Source: an uncultured delta proteobacterium
Lineage (GTDB): Bacteria > Myxococcota_A > Polyangia > Polyangiales > Polyangiaceae
Assembly (NCBI GenBank): GCA_963696385.1
Contig: CAVOKF010000007.1
Span: forward strand, 768,001-832,000
Direction of reading: 5' to 3'
Length of the DNA stretch: 64,000 nucleotides
Part shown: piece by piece, positions 28,752 to 38,327 of the stretch
Numbering within the stretch: position 1 is the first letter of the stretch
Layout: each line of letters opens with the position of its first letter
Translations under genes and position numbers: made by a program
The notes under the pieces: generated by a model
What the model saw: the letters and a program-made list of their open reading frames with translations, nothing else
The model's database searches: none
Told to the model about the DNA's origin: nothing

Positions 28752-29987
28752 ATGACTCGCGACGCCACGCCGACCCCGTCGGCCCCCCGGTTTGCGGCCC
28801 CTAGGTTGGAGCCGCTCGACTCCATCCTCCCCTCGGAGCCGCTCTTGCTGATGGGTGCCGGCCCGGTGCCGATCCCCCACGCGGTCGCGCGAGCGAACGG
28901 CGTGGTCATCAATCACCTGGGCCAGACGATGGAGCACGTCATCCGCAACCTGAAGCGGATGGCGCAGTACGCATTTCAGACCCAAAGCGACAAGATCATG
29001 GGGGTTGCCGGCCCTGCGTCGGCCGCCATGGAAATGGCCGTCACCAACTTGCTCTGGCGCGGACGCCGGTGTCTGTGCCTGGACACGGGGACCTTCAGCC
29101 ACCGCCTGGGTGAAATGGCCGTCTGCGTCGGCGCCGACGTCACGTTCGTCGAACCGGAGATGGGCAAGCCCGTGACAGCCGACATGCTGCGCCGGGCCTT
29201 CGACCGCGGTCGATACGACGTCGTGACACTCGTCCAGGGCGAGACGTCCTGCGGAGTCCTCAACGCCGAGCTTCCCGAAATTGCCCGGGTGGCACGCGAT
29301 CACGGCGCGCTGTCGATCGTCGACGCCGTCGTGACGCTCAGCACGATGCCCCTCGAGACGGATCGTTGGGGTCTCGACGCGGTGGTGACCGGCGGGCAGA
29401 AGGGGCTGTCGTCCATCCCAGGCGTTTCCCTCATCGCATTCTCCGACGCGGCGTGGCGCACGATCGAGACGCGCCGCGAGCCGCCCACTCATTGGTGCCT
29501 CGACGCCATTCGGGCGGAGCGGTTCTGGGGCGCGCACCAGTATCATTACACCGCCCCGGTTCCGGGGATCTTGGCGCTCTACGAAGCCTTGCGGCTCGTC
29601 TGCGAAGAGGGGCTCGTCGCTCGGCACGAGCGGCACCGCGTGAGCTCCCAATCGCTGCAGACGGGACTCGAGGCCATGGGGCTATCGCTCTTCATCCCGC
29701 CGGAGCACCGGCTGAATTCGGTCATCGCCATTCGAGTGCCCGATGGGATCCGCGCCCCGGAGGTCCTGTCGTACATGTCCCGCAAATTCAGCGTCGAAAT
29801 TTCCGGATCGTTCGGGCTCGACATCGTGCGCATCGGGCAGATGGGCGAACAGTGCCGGTCGCACAATCTGTTCAAAGTCCTTTATGCCACCGGGATGAGC
29901 TTTCGGCATTTCGGCGTAGAGCTCGACGTCAGCACGGGATTGGCGGCGCTCGAACGCGCACTCACTCGAGAGCTCGAGTTCGAGTGA
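28752..29987 (+). CDS. Class V PLP aminotransferase (alanine-glyoxylate / serine-pyruvate family)
   Basis: LLMGAGP, GETSCGV, VDAV, GGQKGL (PLP Lys), YHYTAP, RIGQMG. Confidence 0.9.
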   Translation: MTRDATPTPSAPRFAAPRLEPLDSILPSEPLLLMGAGPVPIPHAVARANGVVINHLGQTMEHVIRNLKRMAQYAFQTQSDKIMGVAGPASAAMEMAVTNLLWRGRRCLCLDTGTFSHRLGEMAVCVGADVTFVEPEMGKPVTADMLRRAFDRGRYDVVTLVQGETSCGVLNAELPEIARVARDHGALSIVDAVVTLSTMPLETDRWGLDAVVTGGQKGLSSIPGVSLIAFSDAAWRTIETRREPPTHWCLDAIRAERFWGAHQYHYTAPVPGILALYEALRLVCEEGLVARHERHRVSSQSLQTGLEAMGLSLFIPPEHRLNSVIAIRVPDGIRAPEVLSYMSRKFSVEISGSFGLDIVRIGQMGEQCRSHNLFKVLYATGMSFRHFGVELDVSTGLAALERALTRELEFE

Positions 29988-30006
29988 GATCGAGGCGGCT
30001 CGCCGA

Positions 30007-30171
30007 CTACCGACGGCCTCGCAGCAGCTGACTCACGCCGAACGCCGCGACCAGGCCCCCGACCACCATGAGCGGAGTGGACGTGCTGGTGCCCGGCAGG
30101 GCGAAGCGTCCGGTGGCTCCGGCGACGACGCCCACCAGCCCGAACGCAACGTTCCACAGCCCGGCTCTCAC
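30007..30171 (-). CDS. Small two-TM membrane protein
   Basis: Probable GTG start; two hydrophobic segments and a basic end (LLRGRR). Confidence 0.4.
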   Translation of the reverse strand: MRAGLWNVAFGLVGVVAGATGRFALPGTSTSTPLMVVGGLVAAFGVSQLLRGRR

Positions 30172-30295
30172 GGCCCGCGAGCATAGCGCGTCGGCGCCGC
30201 GGCGGCGCGCCGAACCCGACCCGAGCGTGTCGCCCCGGTCGGCTCGAAGCGACCCAGTCGGAGCCACCGCGGAGTCGCGCGTACAAGAGCGACGC

Positions 30296-30937
30296 TCAGA
30301 AGTCGACGCCGGTCGGAATCACCGCTGAGTCGTGCGTCGACAGCGGCAATTCACGCTGATAGGAAAATGTGTGAGCCCGCTTGGCGTGCTGCGAGTGACG
30401 GTCGCACCACCAATTGGCACCGTTGCTCGCGGCGCGCGCGCGCAGACAATCCGGACACGGCGGCTCGATGACGGGATCGTGCTTCTCGGGCGCGGGAGCG
30501 CGGGGGCTCGCGACCAACACCGGGCAGGGAGCGCTCGCAATGAGCCTTTCCGCGGTAGAGCCCAGGACCCAGTTTCGCAGATGAGGGCCCTTGCGCGAGC
30601 CGATGACGATGAGGTCCGCGCGCGCGTCGATCGCAAATTGGGCAAGCTCGTGCACGGGCTTGCCGGCGCGCAAGTGGATGCCCACGGTCATCCCTTTGAA
30701 TCCGCCGAGGGCCGCGGCCTTCTCGTTGACGTACAGGCGAAGGTGTCCCACCAGATCGCGCGAACGCTCGAGCGACGGCTCGGCATCGAAGACGTGCACG
30801 AGGTGCAAGGCACTCTTGGCCACCCGCTGGGCGATGCGGGCCGCCTGATCGAAGGCAGGACCATCGGCGTCGGTGAACTCGAGGCCGACCACCAAAGATA
30901 GCGGCGTTTGGGTCGTGGCGTTGGCTGTCGCGGTCAT
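30296..30937 (-). CDS. Universal stress protein with C-terminal Cys/His extension
   Basis: ATG at 30937 with GGAGG upstream; LVVGLEF, LHLVHV, ADLIVIGS, LGSTAERL...PCPVLV; tail CPDC...CDRH. Confidence 0.85.
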   Translation of the reverse strand: MTATANATTQTPLSLVVGLEFTDADGPAFDQAARIAQRVAKSALHLVHVFDAEPSLERSRDLVGHLRLYVNEKAAALGGFKGMTVGIHLRAGKPVHELAQFAIDARADLIVIGSRKGPHLRNWVLGSTAERLIASAPCPVLVASPRAPAPEKHDPVIEPPCPDCLRARAASNGANWWCDRHSQHAKRAHTFSYQRELPLSTHDSAVIPTGVDF

Positions 30938-31104
30938 GACTGCCTCCGTTGTGGTCGCGAGAATCGATTCGCGCGTTGCAAACCGGTCCGCTATGGCCGC
31001 CGGAGTGTACCCCAATTTTTGCAGCCATGGAGGCGCAATCGTGACGAAGCGCCGGCGCGAGCATCCGGCCGAGCCCCGACACGGACGCGACGACCAACGC
31101 TCGC

Positions 31105-33762
31105 TCAAATCCAGCGCCGTTGCAGCAGGAAGGTCTTCACCGCCTGCGTCAAGAGCAGGTAGCAGAACAGCGTCAGTGCGAGAAACGGCCAGTAGAGCGC
31201 CGGCAGCGGAGTGAAGCCCAAGAGTCGCCCGAGCGGCAACGACGGAAGAGCGAGGGCGATCGCCATGACGACGGCGCTCGTCACCATGACGGCGCCCGAA
31301 GCCATGCTCTGCAAAAACGGGATCTTGTTGGTTCGGATGACGTGAATGATGAGCGTCTGCGTGAGGAGGCTCTCGACGAACCAGCCCGTTTGAAAGAGCC
31401 GCGCGCTGTGCCCCGCGGCTGCGGGTGTCGACGTATTCCAGCAGTGGAACACGTCGAGCATCAGGAAAAACGTCGTGTAGTCGAATATCGACGAGCAGGG
31501 GCCGATGAAGAGGATGAACCGCGTGAGCTCTTTGAAGTCCCACGGGCGGGGCCGTGCGATCTGTTCCGGGTCGACCGCGTCGGTCGGGACGCTCGTCTGA
31601 CCGATGTCGTACAGCAGATTGTTGGTCAAAATCTGAATCGGCAGCATGGGCAGGTACGGCAAAAATACGCTCGTGCCGAGGACACTGAACATGTTGCCGA
31701 AGTTGCTCGACGCGCCCATGCGCACGTATTTGACGATGTTGGCGAAGACCTTGCGCCCCTCCATCACACCCTCGTCCAAAACGAGCAGCGATTTTTCGAG
31801 CAGAATCATGTCGGCCGCCTCTTTGGCGATGTCGACCGCGGTATCGACGCTGATGCCCACGTCGGAAGCGTGGATCGCCGGCGCGTCGTTGATTCCGTCG
31901 CCCAAGAAGCCGACGGTGTGCTTGCGCGACTGAAGGGCCCTGATGATCCGCTGCTTGTGGCCGGGCGACACGCGAGCAAAGAGCGTCGTCTTCTCCGCCG
32001 CCTCGGCGAGCTGATCCTCGTTCATTTGTTCGACTTCGTCGCCCAGCAGGACGAACTGGGTGGCGAGGCCGACTTCGGTGCAGATCTTGCGCGCGACCAG
32101 GTCGTTGTCGCCCGTGACGACCTTCACCGAAACGCCGTGGCGTCCGAGCGCCGCCAGGGCGGCGGTCGCGCTTTCCTTCGGAGGATCGAGAAACGCGACA
32201 TAACCATTGAGCACCAAATCGCACTCGTCGGCCTTTCCGTAAACCGGCGCATCGGCTCGCGGGTCGAACTCCTTGCTGGCGATGGCGAGGACACGAAAGC
32301 CGTCCGAGCTGAGACGCCGGTACTCGGCCTGCAAACCCTCGACGTGCGCGTGATCCATCGGCAGCAGCGTGCCGTCTTGCTCGAACCGCAGGCATTTCGT
32401 GAAGATGGCCTCCGGAGCCCCTTTCGACACGATGAGATGCTTGCCGGCCGGCGTTCGGACGACGACCGACATGATCCGTCGCCCGAAGTCGAAGGGAATC
32501 TCGTCGACTTTCGAGAAATCCGCGATGCTCTCGTGGGCGTGCGTCTCCTCGTGAGCCAGCACGGCGCGGTCGAGAACGTTCTTCAGCCCGGTCTGAAAGT
32601 GACTGTTGAGGTAGGCGAGCCTGAGCACGCGCTCGTCCGGGCGCAAGGCCACGTCGCAGTACCGCTCGAGGATGACGCGGTCCATCGTGAGCGTGCCCGT
32701 CTTGTCGGTGCAAAGCACATCCATCGCGCCCAGGTTCTGAATCGAATGGATCCGCTTGACGATGACCTTCTTGCGGCTCATCGCGACGGCGCCCTTCGCC
32801 AGGCAAACCGTGACGATCATCGGCATCATCTCGGGGGTCAAGCCGACCGCGACGGCCAAGGAGAAGAAGAATGCGTCGACCCAATTGCCTTTGGTGAGAC
32901 CGTTGATGAGAAACACCAGCGGTGCCATCACGGCCATGAAACGCAACATGAGCCAGGTGAAGCTCGCGACACCGCGGTCGAAGGCGGTTTCGGTCGTCTG
33001 CTGTGCGATCGACTGAGCCATCCCTCCGATGAGCGTGTCCTTGCCCGTCGCGACGACGACCGCGACGGCCGAACCGCTCTCGACGCTCGTGCCCATGAAG
33101 GCAATGCTCGTCAGCTCGATCGGCGACTTGGCGGCCCCGTTCGTCTCCGTATCGTGCTTCTCGACGGGGAAGCTTTCGCCCGTCAGCGATCCCTGATTGA
33201 CAAACAGGTCCTTGGCTTGAACGACGCGCACGTCGCCGGGGAACATGTCGCCCGCGGCCAGCTGAACGACATCGCCGGGAACGATCTGCGCCACGTCGAT
33301 CTCACGTGGGGCACCGTCGCGGAGCACGCTGGCGGTCACCGAGATCATCGCCTTCAACTTGGCGGCCGCGGTGTCCGCTCGAGCCTCTTGAACCAGTTTG
33401 AGGCCGACGCTCAAGAAGATCATCAAGGCCATTACCGAGGCCGATCCGGGATCGCCGGTCACGAGCGAAATCGTACCGAGCGCCGCGAGCAGCACGACCA
33501 AAGGATTGATGACCGCGTGCCAGAGGAGTCTGGCGATCCCGACGCGCTGGTCCTTCGCCAGGACGTTCAGACCGTACTCGGCCCGACGCTTGGCGGCTTC
33601 GTCCGCCGTCAGCCCCCCGGGGTTCGTGCGCAGCCGCCCGTAGACGTCGCCCGCGTTCAGCGACGCGGATTCCACCACGAGTGGGGAGACCCGAATCACG
33701 CGCGGCGCATGGCCCTTGCCCGGGTGCGGCACCGGGTGCAAGACAATCGGCGAAACCTTCAA
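31105..33762 (-). CDS. mgtA: Magnesium-translocating P-type ATPase
   Basis: TGES, GLTPEMMP, DKTGTLT, QTGLKN.LD, GDGINDAP, ASSNFGN, NNLLYD, FQTGWFVES. Confidence 0.93.
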   Translation of the reverse strand: MKVSPIVLHPVPHPGKGHAPRVIRVSPLVVESASLNAGDVYGRLRTNPGGLTADEAAKRRAEYGLNVLAKDQRVGIARLLWHAVINPLVVLLAALGTISLVTGDPGSASVMALMIFLSVGLKLVQEARADTAAAKLKAMISVTASVLRDGAPREIDVAQIVPGDVVQLAAGDMFPGDVRVVQAKDLFVNQGSLTGESFPVEKHDTETNGAAKSPIELTSIAFMGTSVESGSAVAVVVATGKDTLIGGMAQSIAQQTTETAFDRGVASFTWLMLRFMAVMAPLVFLINGLTKGNWVDAFFFSLAVAVGLTPEMMPMIVTVCLAKGAVAMSRKKVIVKRIHSIQNLGAMDVLCTDKTGTLTMDRVILERYCDVALRPDERVLRLAYLNSHFQTGLKNVLDRAVLAHEETHAHESIADFSKVDEIPFDFGRRIMSVVVRTPAGKHLIVSKGAPEAIFTKCLRFEQDGTLLPMDHAHVEGLQAEYRRLSSDGFRVLAIASKEFDPRADAPVYGKADECDLVLNGYVAFLDPPKESATAALAALGRHGVSVKVVTGDNDLVARKICTEVGLATQFVLLGDEVEQMNEDQLAEAAEKTTLFARVSPGHKQRIIRALQSRKHTVGFLGDGINDAPAIHASDVGISVDTAVDIAKEAADMILLEKSLLVLDEGVMEGRKVFANIVKYVRMGASSNFGNMFSVLGTSVFLPYLPMLPIQILTNNLLYDIGQTSVPTDAVDPEQIARPRPWDFKELTRFILFIGPCSSIFDYTTFFLMLDVFHCWNTSTPAAAGHSARLFQTGWFVESLLTQTLIIHVIRTNKIPFLQSMASGAVMVTSAVVMAIALALPSLPLGRLLGFTPLPALYWPFLALTLFCYLLLTQAVKTFLLQRRWI

Positions 33763-33788
33763 TGGCAGACCTCGGCGGCACCTGCGCG

Positions 33789-34286
33789 CTACGGTGCGGG
33801 CAAGACCGGCGACGGGTCACGCACGACGAGGACGGAGCACGGTGCGTGGTCGACGACTTTCGCCGCAGTCGTGCCGAGCACGTGATCGAGCCCTCGGTAG
33901 CCGTGCGACCCGATGACGACCAGGTCGACGCCGAGGCGCCGGGCGGCGTGGCAAACGGCATCCCAGGGCACTCCCACGACGACCTGGACGCCATCGGACG
34001 CGAGCAAATCGAGTGGGATTCGCGCGACACGCTCTTCGAGGTCCGCCCGCGCGTGGCTGCTCAGGACATCGAGCAGGGGCATATCGGTCGTCTTGTAGAA
34101 GTCCTGAGGCACTTCGGGCGATAGCCCGATGGCGCGGAGCGCCACGATCTGTGCGCCGTGGGCGCGCGCCTGATCGACCGCGGCTTGCAGCACGCCCGCA
34201 GCGCGCGCCGACCCGTCCAAAGCCACCAGGATTCGCTTCACCGGAGATGCGCCGGCGCGCAACGATGAAGGGACGGACTCCGCCAT
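33789..34286 (-). CDS. Universal stress protein
   Basis: RILVALDGS, DLVVIGSHG, LGTTAAKVV..APCSVLVV. Confidence 0.9.
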   Translation of the reverse strand: MAESVPSSLRAGASPVKRILVALDGSARAAGVLQAAVDQARAHGAQIVALRAIGLSPEVPQDFYKTTDMPLLDVLSSHARADLEERVARIPLDLLASDGVQVVVGVPWDAVCHAARRLGVDLVVIGSHGYRGLDHVLGTTAAKVVDHAPCSVLVVRDPSPVLPAP

Positions 34287-34447
34287 GGGCTCTCCTCGTG
34301 CGATGCTGGCTGGGCCGGTGCTCGTCGCCGCGGACGCCCGGGCCGCCTAGGCGCGCTGTTTACACCGTACGCCAAGCGCCGACAATGGATGCGACGCGCG
34401 CGAGGGCCGACTCGACACGTCCGCGGAATGGCCCTACACGCGGGCGC

Positions 34448-36951
34448 ATGGACATCCCTACCGCGCCGACGGGCGATTCGAGCGCAGACGGATTTGCCGA
34501 GCTCGCGGAGTTGGCTTTCGACCTGCGGTCCGCGTGGAATCACCGTTCCGACACGCTGTGGGAGCAGCTGGACGCCGAGATCTGGCGTGAGACCGGCAAC
34601 GCGTGGTTGGTGCTGCAAAGCGCCTCGCGCGCACGCGTGCGCGCGCTGTGGGCGACCGCGACCTACCGCGCCCAAGTCGAAGAGCTGCGGGAGCGGCGGC
34701 GGCGTGAGGTGACGGAGGCTCGATGGTTTGCGGGCCAGCCCGGTGCACGCGAACTCGGAGCGGCTGCGTTTTTCAGTCTCGAGTTCGCCGTTTCGGAGGC
34801 ACTGCCCATCTACTCGGGCGGACTCGGAAACGTGGCGGGCGACTACTTGAAGGCGGCGAGCGACCTCGGAGTTCCCCTCGTGGGGGTGGGCCTCCTGTAC
34901 CAGCAGGGCTACTTTCGCCAGGCGATCGACGCGGAAGGTCGGCAGCGCGAATTTTACCCGTTCAACGACACCCGGCAGATGCCCGTGGTCCCCGTCCGGG
35001 ATGCCAAGGGCGACTGGATCCGCGTTCGCCTGCCGAGACCGGGCCCGCCGGTGTGGCTGCGCGCCTGGGGAGCCCGCGTGGGGTACGTCGGGCTCTACTT
35101 GCTCGACAGCAACGATCCGCTCAACGCGCCGGCCGATCGCGGAATCACGTCTCAGCTCTACGGGGGGACTCCGAGGTCCGGTTGCTCCAAGAAATGGTGC
35201 TCGGCATCGGCGGATGGCGTCTGCTGCGCGCCCTCGGAAACAAGCCCGAAGTCTGCCACCTGAACGAGGGTCACGCGGCGTTCGTCGCGCTCGAACGCGC
35301 GCGCGACTTCATGCGCGACAGCGGCCAGCCATTCCCGGTGGCTTGGGCCGCGACTCGCGCCGGCAACGTTTTCACGACGCACACGCCCGTCGAGCCCGGG
35401 TTCGATCGCTTCCAGCCCGACCTGGTAGCCGGGCTTCTCGGCGCCTACGCGCGCGACGAACTCGGCATATCGATCGATGATCTGTTGGCGCTCGGCCGGG
35501 CTCGGCCGGGCGATTCGCGGGAACCGCTCAACATGGCGTGGTCGGCGACGCGGGGCAGCGGCGCCGTCAACGCGGTCAGCCGCCGCCACGGCGAAGTGAG
35601 CCGTGCGATTTTCCAGCCGCTCTTTCCGCGCTGGCCTCGAAGCGAAGTTCCCGTCGGGTACGTAACCAACGGGGTGCATACCGCGAGCTGGGATTCCGCT
35701 TCCGCAGACGCGCTCTGGACCGAAACGTGTGGACGCGATCGTTTTCGCGGAGACATGACCGAGGCGAAAAAGGTCGCCGCGGCCTCCGACGCCGCTCTCT
35801 GGGCAGCCCGCGCCAAAGCGCGCCTCGATCTCGTGACGTTCGCGCGCGACCGGGTAGCGCTGCAACTCGCGGCGTCCGGAGCCCAGGACGAAGTGCTCGG
35901 TGCGGCCTCCCGCGTGCTGGATCCCGACACATTCACGATCGGATTTGCGCGTCGATTCACCTCCTACAAGCGACCGACACTTCTGTTGAACGACCCCGAG
36001 CGGCTGGCGCGCATCTTGCGAAACCCCGCGCGACCCGTACAGATCGTGGTTGCGGGCAAGGCGCATCCCCAGGACGAAGAGGGCAAAGCGCTCCTGCAAA
36101 CCTGGGTGCACTTCGTTCGGCGTCCGGACATTCGGCCCCATGCCGTCTTCTTGGCCGACTACGATCTACGGCTCGCCGAGCGACTCGTTCAGGGTGTGGA
36201 CCTTTGGGTCAACACGCCACGGCCGCCCTGGGAGGCGTGCGGAACGAGTGGAATGAAGGTGCTGGTCAACGGCGGCGTGAACCTCTCCGCACTCGACGGC
36301 TGGTGGGCGGAAGCCTACCGGCCGGAGGTGGGCTGGGCGCTTGCCGGCGACGGATCCGACGACCGCACCGACGCGGCGAACCTGTACGATCTGCTCGAGC
36401 GCGAGATCATTCCGGCCTTCTACACGCGCGACGCATCCGGCTTGCCGCAAGCGTGGCTCACGCGCATGCGTGCCAGCATGGCGGAGCTGACGGCCACCTA
36501 TTCGGCCAATCGCGCACTGCGCGAGTACACCGAGCGCTATTACGTGCCGGCCGCCCGCGCGTTTGCCCAGCGAGCGGCCGAAGGGGGCAAAGCCGGCGCG
36601 CAGATCGTCTCGTGGGAGAACGATGCGAAGGATCACTGGTCCGCACTGCGGTTCGGCGAAGTGCGGGTTCGAACCGACGGCGGGCAGCACTTCTTTTCCG
36701 CGACGGTCTACCTCGACGATATCGACCCCGACACGGTGGCCGTCGAGTTGTACGCCGATGGTGACGGCACCCACGGCGCAAGTCGCGTGGTGATGCGCCG
36801 GGACGCACCCCTCGTGGGCGCTCGCGGGTACGTCTACGTCGCCGAGGCATCCGACGCGCGCGCCGCGGGCGATTACACCGCGCGCATCGTGCCATCTCAT
36901 CGCTTGGCAAACGTTCCGTTGGAGCTGCCGCTCGTGACGTGGGCCCGCTGA
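34448..36951 (+). pseudogene. glgP: Alpha-glucan phosphorylase, split by a one-base frameshift (real lesion or assembly error)
   Basis: YSGGLGNVAGD...QLYGG in one frame; DSEVRLLQE, HLNEGH, FTTHTP, TNGVH, FARRF..YKR, EACGTSGMK in another; junction at the G6 run 35162-35167. Confidence 0.85.
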
Positions 36952-37002
36952 CGGTCGGCGAGAGCAGAGCCGAGCGAAGCGAGTCGCTCTCCGGCTGGGG
37001 GC

Positions 37003-37027
37003 TCGAGGGGAGGGGCGCTCCCCTCAA
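37003..37027. terminator. GC-rich hairpin between convergent genes (no U-tract)
   Basis: GAGGGGAG-N5-CTCCCCTC perfect 8-bp inverted repeat overlapping the DUF4833 stop codon. Confidence 0.35.
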
Positions 37028-37566
37028 TCCTGCAGTTTCTCTTTCAAGAGGCGAGTGCCGTCCTTGGACCAGCCTTGCAAGAGCAAGTATTGCAAGCCGA
37101 ACGGCCACCGAAGACGCGCGTACACGTTGAACAGGTAGGCCGGGGCCCCCGCAATCGGGATCGTGGCGAGCGCGCGGCAAGCGCCGCCCGGGGCGTGCGA
37201 CGTTTCCACGAGGATCGGCCGGCTGGGCACAGCTCGCAACACGAGGCGAATGCTGCCGCCCTCGGCGTTGCGCGCCACGACGACCTGGCTCTCGATCCCG
37301 TAGGCGTCGAGCTCGCGCGAAAGCAGCGGCTCGGTTCGCGCCGGCCCCTTCTCGAACATCCGCCAGTACGCAACGATCGGATTGTCCGCGGCGGGCACGC
37401 AATCCGCGTCCACGCGAACGGCGTATTGCACCTGGTTCTTGTTCTCGCTCTTGGCGATCGTAAATACCGAAACGACGGACGGCGCGGCGCTGCGCGAATC
37501 GGCCAAGGCCGCGCCATGGTGCGCGACGACCAGCACGGCCAGGGTTGCAATCCGCTTCGGCCCCAT
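37024..37566 (-). CDS. Exported DUF4833-like protein
   Basis: Signal peptide; F.IAKSENKNQVQY, YWRM, E..AYG motifs. Confidence 0.7.
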   Translation of the reverse strand: MGPKRIATLAVLVVAHHGAALADSRSAAPSVVSVFTIAKSENKNQVQYAVRVDADCVPAADNPIVAYWRMFEKGPARTEPLLSRELDAYGIESQVVVARNAEGGSIRLVLRAVPSRPILVETSHAPGGACRALATIPIAGAPAYLFNVYARLRWPFGLQYLLLQGWSKDGTRLLKEKLQD

Positions 37567-37719
37567 AGCAATCCAGCCCGGGGCCACACGCTACAACGGA
37601 GTGCGCGCCAGCGCCTCGTCGGGTTGAATGTCTTCGGAGCCGTCATGGCGAGCGGACGCTCGCGATCGCCAGAAGGCATGCGAAAGGCGCGCCCAACCGC
37701 CGCGCGCCAGCCGAACCGA

Positions 37720-38049
37720 TCAGACCACGGCGTCTTTGATCGCCTTGACGGGCCTGGCACGCACCCCTTTGCTCGCCGGCTTGGCGGCGAACTTCTGCTT
37801 CTCTTTGGTGAAGGGATTGATCCCCTCGCGAGCGGGCCGCGCAGGCTTCTTCACCACCACGAATTTGGCGAACCCGGGCAGCACAAAGATGCCGTTTTTC
37901 TTCAGCTCTCGATGGCCCAGATCCACCAGGGTCTCGACGACCTGCTTGACCTGCTTGCGGGAAATCTCTTCCCCAACGGCCTCGGTCACTGCTTCGAGGA
38001 TCGCGCTCTTCGAGAGCGGCTTGTTGCTCTTCTTCTTCGCCGTCGCCAT
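37720..38049 (-). CDS. HU family DNA-binding protein
   Basis: ATG at 38049; LSKSAIL..., LPGFAKF, AREGINPFTKE. Confidence 0.9.
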   Translation of the reverse strand: MATAKKKSNKPLSKSAILEAVTEAVGEEISRKQVKQVVETLVDLGHRELKKNGIFVLPGFAKFVVVKKPARPAREGINPFTKEKQKFAAKPASKGVRARPVKAIKDAVV

Positions 38050-38327
38050 GTTCGAAATCTCCTCTGCTCTTGGCATGCTTACGGCCGTACGCCTCAGAAA
38101 GGCAAACTTTCGCTCAGATTTCGCTTCGGACCGCGCCTGAGGCGTGGCGTGGCCCGCCAGGGCGTGACCGTGAGGACCCCATGGGCGTTCGGTCTCGGTG
38201 GGACACGTCGCAGCGTCGCGGTGGCGCAGGTGCCGTAGCCGACGTGGCAGTAGCCGAAGCGAACCCATCCAGCACAAGGGAGATCGCCTATGCCGTTTCG
38301 CGGCACTCGCGGTAGGGTCTCGGCAGA

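Noticed and set aside
30938..32884. 862-aa ORF 30296-32884 as one long protein
   Set aside because: The upstream part is an Arg-rich alternative frame over mgtA; only the last 213 aa (USP) look real
31120..33885. Long antisense or alternative-frame ORFs (also 7819-9969, 13862-15562, 17239-19086, 38700-40316)
   Set aside because: Shadow ORFs typical of high-GC DNA, overlapping well-supported genes and lacking motifs
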